The notes under the pieces are model-generated. The model did not search any database. It was given only the letters and a program-made list of their open reading frames with translations, and was not told the origin of the DNA. A stretch of 40,000 bases of DNA from an uncultured Rhodothermales bacterium (GTDB lineage Bacteria > Bacteroidota > Rhodothermia > Rhodothermales > VXPQ01), in NCBI GenBank assembly GCA_964591285.1, contig CAZQAS010000014.1, positions 1 through 40,000 of the forward strand, read 5' to 3'. Positions 33,912-40,000 of this stretch are shown here, piece by piece. A program made the position numbers and the translations under genes. How positions within the stretch are numbered: the first letter of the stretch is position 1; the number at the start of each line of letters is the position of its first letter.

Positions 33912-36155
33912 TCATTCCTCAAACCGGTAGACGCCGTGAATGCCGTCGAGTCTCTTGATGCGCTCGATCACGCGGCGAAGATGCTCGAGGTCCGTCACGT
34001 AGCAGACGATCGTTCCTTCGAATACGCCGTCATCGGAATCGACGGTAATCGAGCGAATGTTCGTCTTCAGATTCTTGGAGATCACCGTCGTGATGTCGCT
34101 CACGATACCGACGCGATCTTCGCCCATCACGCGCAAGGCAGACAGGAACTGTACGTCTTTTTGCCGACTCCATTCGACTGGAACGATCCGATCCGGGTGG
34201 TTGATGAGCAGATGCGGCGCATTGCGGCAGTTGACCCGGTGAATCTTGATGCCGCTGCTCCTCGAGACGTAGCCGAACACCTCATCGCCCGGAATGGGGT
34301 TGCAGCATGACGCGTACTTCGTCACGATGTCCGTATGGAGCTCGCCGTCGATCTTCAGCGCGGGCTGCGCCGAGGACTGCGCGGTGTCGATGAAATTCTC
34401 GTACTGCAGGCGCAGCGCGTCTTCGTCCTGCTCCTCTGCCTCATCGGCCCGCTTCTCTTCCGTGCCGCGCTTCACGTATTCGACGAAATCCTGCGGGTCA
34501 TAGAGCCCGACGCCGATCTCGTAGAACATCTGCTGCGGGTTCGGAAACTTGAGCTGCGAAGCGTTCTTGTTGAGGTCCTGCTCGTCGATTTCGAGGCCGG
34601 CCTTCGTAAGCTTTTTATCTAGCAGCTCGCGCCCGAGATCGACGGCGCGCCGGCGCTTTTCGTTGATCCAGTGGCGGATCCGGCTGCGGGCTTTGTGCGT
34701 GACGACGAACTTCATCCAGTCCTTGTTCGGCGTCTGCTTCTTCGAGGTGATGATCTCCACCTGATCACCGCTCTTCAGCTTATAGGAGAGCGGGACCATC
34801 TTGCCGTTCACCTTTGCGCCGATGCAATGGAGGCCGATCTCAGTGTGGACCTGGAAGGAGAAATCGACCGGCGTCGCGTTGTTCGGGAGCGTCATCAGAT
34901 CGCCTTTCGGGGTGAAGACGTAGATCTCTTCGTCGTAGAGATTCAGCCGGAACTCCTTGACGAACTCCGTCGCCTGCTCCGGCCTCGGATTCTCGATGAG
35001 ATCACGAACCCACGCGAGGAACTGCTCCATCTCCTCGTCCTGCTCACTAAGCCCCTCTTTATATTTCCAGTGAGCGGCAACACCGCGCTCGGCGATCTCG
35101 TGCATCTCTTCGGTACGAATCTGCACCTCGACGCGGCGGCCGTCGGGCCCGAGTACCGTCGTGTGGAGACTCTGGTAGCCGTTCGATTTGGGGACGGAGA
35201 TGAAGTCCCGGAAGCGCTCCGGCAGCGGCTTGTAGAGGTCGGTGATGATTGAATAGACGCGCCAGCAATCCTCCTTGCCTTTCTTTCCGCGGCTCAGCAA
35301 GACGACGCGGATCGCGAAGAGGTCATAGATTTCATCGATAGGCTTATTCTGGCGCTTCATCTTGCGAAAGATCGAATAGATGTTCTTCGATCGTCCGTAG
35401 ATCTCGAATCGGAAGCTGTCTTCCTCCAGCCGGCGCCTAAGCGGCTCGATGAAGCTCTTTACATAGGTTTCGCGTTCCTGCTTCGACGCCCGAAGCCCGT
35501 GCACGATGTCGTAGTAATCCTCCGGGTTGAGAACCTTAAGAGAGTGGTCCTCCAGCTCGTTCTTGACCGCATGCAAACCGAAACGGTGGGCGAGCGGCGC
35601 GAAAAGGTCGAGTGTTTCGCTGGCGATCTTGAACTGCTTCTGCTTTGGTAGCGACTCAATCGTGCGCATGTTGTGGAGGCGATCGGCAAACTTGACCAGG
35701 ATGACCCGGATATCGGTCGCCATCGATAGCATCAGCTTCCGGACATTCTCCGCCTGACCAAGCTCACGGCTGGCAAATACATCGCTGATCTTCGTCAATC
35801 CGTCGACTACGGAGGCCATCGTGTCGCCGAATTCCTCACGGATGAACTCAAGCGAGAATTCCGTATCCTCGACCGTATCGTGAAGCAGGGCGGAAGCGAC
35901 GCTGATGTCGTCGAAGCCGATGTCGCGCGCGACGATGGTCGCGACCTCTATGGGGTGGGTGATATACCGCTCTCCGGAGACGCGGCGGTCGTTTCGATGC
36001 GCCCAGTACCCAAGCTTAAAGGCACGACGGATCAGGTCCTCGTCCGTGGACGGCAGTTTTTCGCGGCAGATGACAAGCAGCTCATTCAACCGCTTCTCGA
36101 ACTCCGGCTCGATCTGTAGGTCCGTATTTTTTAGGATGGAAGAGGCCTGAAGCAT
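33912..36155 (-). CDS. rel: Bifunctional (p)ppGpp synthetase / hydrolase (RelA/SpoT homologue)
   Basis: 747 aa. HD hydrolase motif LLHDTVEDT, synthetase region YGRSKNIYSIFRKM...YQSLHT, a TGS region, and a C-terminal ACT-like region. Confidence 0.95.
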   Translation of the reverse strand: MLQASSILKNTDLQIEPEFEKRLNELLVICREKLPSTDEDLIRRAFKLGYWAHRNDRRVSGERYITHPIEVATIVARDIGFDDISVASALLHDTVEDTEFSLEFIREEFGDTMASVVDGLTKISDVFASRELGQAENVRKLMLSMATDIRVILVKFADRLHNMRTIESLPKQKQFKIASETLDLFAPLAHRFGLHAVKNELEDHSLKVLNPEDYYDIVHGLRASKQERETYVKSFIEPLRRRLEEDSFRFEIYGRSKNIYSIFRKMKRQNKPIDEIYDLFAIRVVLLSRGKKGKEDCWRVYSIITDLYKPLPERFRDFISVPKSNGYQSLHTTVLGPDGRRVEVQIRTEEMHEIAERGVAAHWKYKEGLSEQDEEMEQFLAWVRDLIENPRPEQATEFVKEFRLNLYDEEIYVFTPKGDLMTLPNNATPVDFSFQVHTEIGLHCIGAKVNGKMVPLSYKLKSGDQVEIITSKKQTPNKDWMKFVVTHKARSRIRHWINEKRRRAVDLGRELLDKKLTKAGLEIDEQDLNKNASQLKFPNPQQMFYEIGVGLYDPQDFVEYVKRGTEEKRADEAEEQDEDALRLQYENFIDTAQSSAQPALKIDGELHTDIVTKYASCCNPIPGDEVFGYVSRSSGIKIHRVNCRNAPHLLINHPDRIVPVEWSRQKDVQFLSALRVMGEDRVGIVSDITTVISKNLKTNIRSITVDSDDGVFEGTIVCYVTDLEHLRRVIERIKRLDGIHGVYRFEE

Positions 36156-36214
36156 ATACCTAAAAGGGAGTGTCCCCGCAATGCGATGCCTATCTTATTG
36201 ACTTCTAAGCATTT

Positions 36215-36249
36215 AAAACAAAAAAGGTGCCGAGAAAGGACTCGGCACC
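36215..36249 (-). terminator. Rho-independent terminator of the alpha (rpsM...rplQ) operon
   Basis: Minus-sense GGUGCCGAG-UCCUUU-CUCGGCACC (perfect 9-bp stem) followed by UUUUUUGUUUU, about 50 nt after the rplQ stop. Confidence 0.85.
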
Positions 36250-36299
36250 GTGAATGAAGACTCCGACGGAGCGGCGATAAGGCCTCAAAACGCTACATT

Positions 36300-37127
36300 T
36301 TACTTCTTCTCGTCGTCGGCTGCGCTCTCCTCGTCAGCTTCCGCGTCCCCCGAGTCGGCCGCTTGGTCCGTTGGGGCCTCGGCGTCCTCTTTCTTCTCGG
36401 GCGCTTCGCTCTCTACGTCCTCCGGGGCTTCAGTTTCTGCCTCTGCGGCCGCTTCGGCTTCGGCCTTTTTCTTTTCGGCCTTCTGCTCTTCGACAGCTTC
36501 CTTCGCGGTCTCGATCTGCTCTTCCGGCACGTCGCCGGTATCGGTCCGCTCGGTGACCGGCGTTGCCTGCTCCTCGGCGACGGGTTCCTCGACCGTCTCC
36601 GTTTCGACGCCCTTTTCCGGCGTCTCCATCTGCTTGGTCGTGACGGTTTCGGAGGTGGTCTCCTGCCGCTGTTTTGCCTCGGCGCCCTTTGACGTGCTGC
36701 GCCGGCGACCCTTGCCGCCTCCGCGGCGCGTTCGCTTGCGGCGACCTCCGCCGGTCTCGGGTTGAACGTCGTTATAGTCTACGAGCTCGATCATCGCCAT
36801 CGGCGCACCATCCCCGGCTCGCAGGCCCAATTTGACGACCCGTGTGTAGCCGCCCGGCCGATCACCCACCTGCTCGGAAATCTCCGAGAACAGCGTCGAG
36901 ACCGCCTGGTTATCCTGCAGCCGACGAAACACCTGCCGCCGGTTGTGGGAGGTGTCTTCCTTGGCGCGCGTGATGAGCGGCTCGATAAATCCGCGCAGCG
37001 CTTTGGCCTTGGGGACGGTCGTCGTGATGCGTTTGTGCGCGATCAGCGAGGTGCTGAGCGCCGCCAGCGTCGCCTTGCGATGCGGCTTCGTGCGTCCCAG
37101 CTTATGTCGCTTTTTCTGGTGTCTCAT
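36300..37127 (-). CDS. rplQ: 50S ribosomal protein L17 with a 155-aa low-complexity C-terminal extension
   Basis: [24 protein letters not shown]...[25 protein letters not shown] is canonical L17 (about 120 aa). It is followed by an RG/K-rich and then an E/A/T/K-rich tail running to the stop. Confidence 0.9.
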   Translation of the reverse strand: MRHQKKRHKLGRTKPHRKATLAALSTSLIAHKRITTTVPKAKALRGFIEPLITRAKEDTSHNRRQVFRRLQDNQAVSTLFSEISEQVGDRPGGYTRVVKLGLRAGDGAPMAMIELVDYNDVQPETGGGRRKRTRRGGGKGRRRSTSKGAEAKQRQETTSETVTTKQMETPEKGVETETVEEPVAEEQATPVTERTDTGDVPEEQIETAKEAVEEQKAEKKKAEAEAAAEAETEAPEDVESEAPEKKEDAEAPTDQAADSGDAEADEESAADDEKK

Positions 37128-37134
37128 GTTTTAA

Positions 37135-37199
37135 GTTGCAAGTTGCAAGTTGCAGATTGCAGGTCGGGTTGCAAGTTCTTGCAAGGTGCAACCTGCAAC
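37135..37199. repeat. Tandem GTTGCAR heptamer array in the rpoA-rplQ spacer
   Basis: The array reads gttgcaa gttgcaa gttgcag attgcag gtcgg gttgcaa gtt cttgcaa ggtgcaa cctgcaa c. That is eight TGCA-centred units in 65 nt. It also contains the nested inverted repeat GGTTGCA...TGCAACC (37167-37193). Confidence 0.9.
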
Positions 37200-37203
37200 T
37201 GAT

Positions 37204-38181
37204 CTAAGCTTCTTCCATGTACTTATCGACTTCCATGCCGAAGTGGAGGCCGCGCTCCTCGAGGACTTGAATAAGCTCCTGGAGCGACTTGCGGCCGAAG
37301 TTGCGAAACTTCAGCATCTCCGACTCTTCGCGGCGCACCAAATCGCCTATATTCTTGATATTGGCGGCCTTCAGGCAGTTGTGTGCCCGGACCGACAGAT
37401 CGAGCTCGTCCACCGGCTGCGACAGCAACTCGCGGATTCGCTGAACTTCCGCATCGACCTCTTTTTCTTCCTCGGTCGGCTGCGGTTCGCCCTCCATCGA
37501 GATGAAGAGATTTACGTGATCTCGCAGAATTGACGCCGCCTGGGCGAGCGCATCCTCGGCGGAGACGGAGCCGTCGGTGTCGACGTCCATCTCCAGCTTT
37601 TCATAATCGATCTTCTGCCCGACACGCGTCGGCTTCACGTTGTACCGGACGTTTCGGATCGGAGTGAAGATTGCATCGATCGCTATCACGCCGATGGGAT
37701 CGTCCTCGCGCTTATTCTCGTCAGCGGGGATATACCCACGGCCCCTCTCGACGCGCAGCTCGATGCTCAAATTCGCATCCTCGGAGAGCGTCGCAATGTG
37801 ATGCTCGGGGTTCAGAATCTCATACTGGCTCGTGGCCTCGGCAACATCCTTCGCCGTCCAGTTACCGGGGCCGGTGAGCGACAGGTGGATGTTATTGTCG
37901 GCGCTCTCGCCTGCGCGAAAGCGTATGCCCTTTAGGTTGAGGATGATGTCGGCGACATCTTCCGTTACGCCGGGAATCGTCGAAAACTCATGCTGAACGC
38001 CGTCGATCTTCAGGGCCGTGATGGCGACGCCTTCGAGGGAAGAAAGTAGAACGCGTCGAAGGGCGTTTCCGATGGTAACGCCGTAGCCGCGCTCAAGCGG
38101 CTGAATGGTAAAGTGGCCTGAAAATTCCGAGGCCTCCTCAACCTGAATGCCCTCCGGCATCTGAATCGCGTAATTGCTCAT
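37204..38181 (-). CDS. rpoA: DNA-directed RNA polymerase alpha subunit
   Basis: The track ORF starts at TTG 38199. ATG 38181 (MSNYAIQMPEGIQVEE...GNALRRVLLSSLEGVAI) gives the canonical Bacteroidota-type N-terminus length. A C-terminal helix-hairpin-helix region (LSVRAHNCLKAANI) is present. Confidence 0.95.
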   Translation of the reverse strand: MSNYAIQMPEGIQVEEASEFSGHFTIQPLERGYGVTIGNALRRVLLSSLEGVAITALKIDGVQHEFSTIPGVTEDVADIILNLKGIRFRAGESADNNIHLSLTGPGNWTAKDVAEATSQYEILNPEHHIATLSEDANLSIELRVERGRGYIPADENKREDDPIGVIAIDAIFTPIRNVRYNVKPTRVGQKIDYEKLEMDVDTDGSVSAEDALAQAASILRDHVNLFISMEGEPQPTEEEKEVDAEVQRIRELLSQPVDELDLSVRAHNCLKAANIKNIGDLVRREESEMLKFRNFGRKSLQELIQVLEERGLHFGMEVDKYMEEA

Positions 38182-38231
38182 ATCCGTCTCAAATGTCAAG
38201 AAATCTTAGCAGGAAATATTGACTGTGCGAG

Positions 38232-38259
38232 GGCGGCGCAAATTCTGAGGAGGCGCCGC
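38232..38259 (-). other. GC-rich RNA hairpin in the rpsD-rpoA spacer
   Basis: Minus-sense GGCGGCGC-CUCCUCAGAAUUU-GCGCCGCC (8-bp all-GC stem), 13 nt after the rpsD stop. There is no adjacent U-tract. Confidence 0.5.
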
Positions 38260-38271
38260 CGTCGAGACAGC

Positions 38272-38874
38272 CTACTTCGAGTACAGCTCGACGATGAGCT
38301 GCTCGCGGATATTCTCCGGTATATCCTCCCGGGCGGGGTAATCGAGGAACTTGCCGCGCAGGTCGTTTCGATCCACCTCAAGCCATGCGAATGTCCGCCG
38401 ATTATTGTTGGCGGCCTGAACGATGACTTCGAGGTTCCGGCTTCGTGGACGCACGGCGATGGTATCTCCGGGGCGAAGCTGCGCGGAAGGAATATCAACC
38501 ACGTGATCGTTCACCATGATGTGGCCATGGTTCACGAGTTGTCGGGCCTGCCGGCGTGTACGCGCGAAACCGAGCCGAAAGACGGTATTGTCGAGGCGGG
38601 ACTCGAGGAATCTCAGCAGGTTCTCGCCAGTGACGCCCTTCTTCCGCGATGCTTTTTCAAACACGTTGCGGAATTGGCGCTCAAGCAGTCCGTACGTATA
38701 CTTGGCTTTCTGCTTCTCCTTGAGCTGCACTGCGTACTCGCTCTCCTTCGAGCGGCGGCCGCGGCCGTGCTGGCCCGGTGGATATGGCTTTCGCTCGAAC
38801 GCTTTGCTGGGGCCGAATATCGGCTCCTTGAAGCGCCGAGCAATTTTTTGCTTCGGGCCTGTGTATCGGGCCAT
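38272..38874 (-). CDS. rpsD: 30S ribosomal protein S4
   Basis: 200 aa. [15 protein letters not shown]... and an S4 RNA-binding domain. Confidence 0.97.
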   Translation of the reverse strand: MARYTGPKQKIARRFKEPIFGPSKAFERKPYPPGQHGRGRRSKESEYAVQLKEKQKAKYTYGLLERQFRNVFEKASRKKGVTGENLLRFLESRLDNTVFRLGFARTRRQARQLVNHGHIMVNDHVVDIPSAQLRPGDTIAVRPRSRNLEVIVQAANNNRRTFAWLEVDRNDLRGKFLDYPAREDIPENIREQLIVELYSK

Positions 38875-38966
38875 AGTGTGTGTATCTCGTTTGTCAAGTC
38901 GTTACGAACAAACGTACGAGCATTATCGCTCGTAGCCGGGCTTAGACCGATCGCTGCGCGATCCGA

Positions 38967-38997
38967 GTTGCAGGTTGCAAGTTGCAGGTTGCAAGTT
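38967..38997. repeat. Tandem GTTGCAR heptamer array in the rpsK-rpsD spacer
   Basis: The array reads gttgcag gttgcaa gttgcag gttgcaa gtt. That is four perfect heptamers, or a 14-mer repeated twice. It is the same unit as at 37135-37199. Confidence 0.9.
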
Positions 38998-39045
38998 CGT
39001 CGAGAGACGCGAACATTTGCTCCGAGCAACTCTCCACCTTCGATC

Positions 39046-39456
39046 TCAGACGCGGCGGCGCTTCGGAGGCCGGCAGCCGTTATGGGGAATGGGTGTTACG
39101 TCGCGAATCGAGGCGATGTCGAGGCCCGCACCCGAGAGTGCGCGGATGGCGGATTCCCGGCCGGAACCCGGCCCCTTCACATATACGTCCACGCGTCGCA
39201 GTCCGAGATCATGCGCCTCCTGAGCTGCGGCGGACGCCGCGACCTGGGCTGCATACGGGGTATTCTTGCGACTCCCTTTGAAGCCCATCTTACCGGAGCT
39301 CGCCCAGGAGATGACATTCCCGTATTGATCCGTCAGCGTGACGATGACGTTGTTGAAGGTGGCCTTAATGAACGCCTGACCGTTCGATTCGACAATGACG
39401 TTCTTCTTTCGAACGGGCCTGCCGCCTCGCCCACCTTTCTGCTGCCTCTTTGCCAT
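39046..39456 (-). CDS. rpsK: 30S ribosomal protein S11
   Basis: ...[44 protein letters not shown]... The start is at ATG 39456 (MAKRQQKGG) or ATG 39477. Confidence 0.95.
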   Translation of the reverse strand: MAKRQQKGGRGGRPVRKKNVIVESNGQAFIKATFNNVIVTLTDQYGNVISWASSGKMGFKGSRKNTPYAAQVAASAAAQEAHDLGLRRVDVYVKGPGSGRESAIRALSGAGLDIASIRDVTPIPHNGCRPPKRRRV

Positions 39457-39531
39457 AGATCTACGTTTGGGGTACATGGCCTGCGTCCCGGCTGCCAGAG
39501 GGCAAATGCCGAGACGTACGACCGAAAAACT

Positions 39532-39912
39532 CTACTTGCGCGGCGCCTTCTTCTTGCCGGCGACCGTCTTGCGGCGCCCTTTTCTCGTACGCGCGTTGGT
39601 GCGCGTCCGCTGACCGCGCACGGGCAAACCGCGGCGATGTCGCATACCACGATAGCAGCCGATATCCATCAGCCGCTTGATGTTCATCTGCACCTCGGAG
39701 CGCAGTTGACCTTCGACCTGAAATTCTTCCTCGACTATGCGGCGTACACTGCGTGTCTGCTCCTCGGTCCAATCGTCCGGATGTGCGTCGTACTCGACAT
39801 CGGCACGGTCTAAAATAGCGCGAGCGCGTGAACGCCCGATTCCGAAGATTGACGTTAATGCGACTTCTCCCCTCTTGCGGGGCGGTACGTCGACTCCTGC
39901 GATACGTGGCAT
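39532..39912 (-). CDS. rpsM: 30S ribosomal protein S13
   Basis: 126 aa. [30 protein letters not shown]... Confidence 0.97.
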   Translation of the reverse strand: MPRIAGVDVPPRKRGEVALTSIFGIGRSRARAILDRADVEYDAHPDDWTEEQTRSVRRIVEEEFQVEGQLRSEVQMNIKRLMDIGCYRGMRHRRGLPVRGQRTRTNARTRKGRRKTVAGKKKAPRK

Positions 39913-39925
39913 GTGGTCTTACTGC

Positions 39926-40000
39926 TTAACCCTGACGCTGCTTGTGCTTCGGGTTCCTCTTATTGATCACGTAGATGCGGCCTTTGCGGCGAACGATCTT
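39926..40000 (-). CDS. rpmJ: 50S ribosomal protein L36 (5' end cut by the window edge)
   Basis: The reverse-complement translation in frame to the TAA stop (39926-39928) gives KIVRRKGRIYVINKRNPKHKQRQG, the conserved L36 C-terminus. Its position upstream of rpsM is canonical. Confidence 0.85.
   Translation of the reverse strand, partial: KIVRRKGRIYVINKRNPKHKQRQG

Noticed and set aside
36250-36765. 171-aa Ser/Ala-rich plus-strand ORF
   Set aside because: It is a mirror image of the low-complexity L17 tail coding region. Its repetitiveness is inherited from the opposite strand.
37135-37199. Heptamer arrays as a CRISPR or minisatellite-type locus
   Set aside because: The units are only 7 nt, there are no spacers and no cas genes. 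They are reported as short tandem repeats with RNA-structure potential, not as CRISPR.
38503-39813. 436-aa plus-strand ORF
   Set aside because: It is antisense to rpsD, rpsK and rpsM, which are unambiguous. The long open frame is a GC-content artefact.
1-40000. Mobile elements, prophage, CRISPR, tRNA/rRNA genes
   Set aside because: No transposase or integrase-like ORFs, terminal inverted repeats, spacer-repeat arrays or tRNA-like cloverleaf regions were seen. The intergenic regions are short and are accounted for above.

Overview
High-GC (roughly 62-63% by eye) bacterial chromosomal window, densely coded. About 42 genes are supported, and no rRNA, tRNA, CRISPR array or transposase was seen. 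The gene content and protein features point to a Bacteroidota/Rhodothermota-type organism, possibly halophilic, but this is an inference. The supporting features are an RpoA N-terminus of Bacteroidota type, a TonB-dependent receptor with an N-terminal carboxypeptidase-regulatory-like domain, no Shine-Dalgarno sequences before clear starts, and very acidic proteins.

Gene order, left to right:
- An AttH-like / FtsX permease / ABC ATPase string (minus strand).
- A nitrilase-family and GNAT pair.
- pyrB-pyrR, with a PyrR-box-like leader.
- DUF58, M28 peptidase, M20 amidohydrolase and a lipoprotein.
- NifU-like and Mrp/ApbC (Fe-S cluster proteins).
- prmA, preceded by a secreted protein built of four internal repeats.
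- A partner-switching module (membrane-GAF-PP2C phosphatase, STAS, RsbW-like kinase) with no sigma factor gene nearby.
- ubiE, pfkA and aat.
- An orphan biotinyl-carrier-like protein, an SDR epimerase and an M23 peptidase.
- A compact putative zinc-acquisition locus: a His-rich lipoprotein, a TonB receptor and ZnuA/C/B, all start/stop coupled. It also has two extra small His-rich membrane proteins, one carrying a Pht-like histidine triad.
- def, ruvX, an HU/IHF-like protein and rel/spoT.
- The alpha ribosomal operon: rpmJ (partial), rpsM, rpsK, rpsD, rpoA, rplQ.

The most unusual signals:
1. The accessory His-rich proteins around the TonB-ZnuABC operon.
2. Tandem GTTGCAR heptamer arrays in two intergenic spacers of the alpha operon.
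3. The four-repeat secreted protein divergent from the sigma-less partner-switching module.
4. A 155-aa basic-then-acidic low-complexity tail on ribosomal protein L17.

All family assignments come from reading motifs in the translations. No database search was run.
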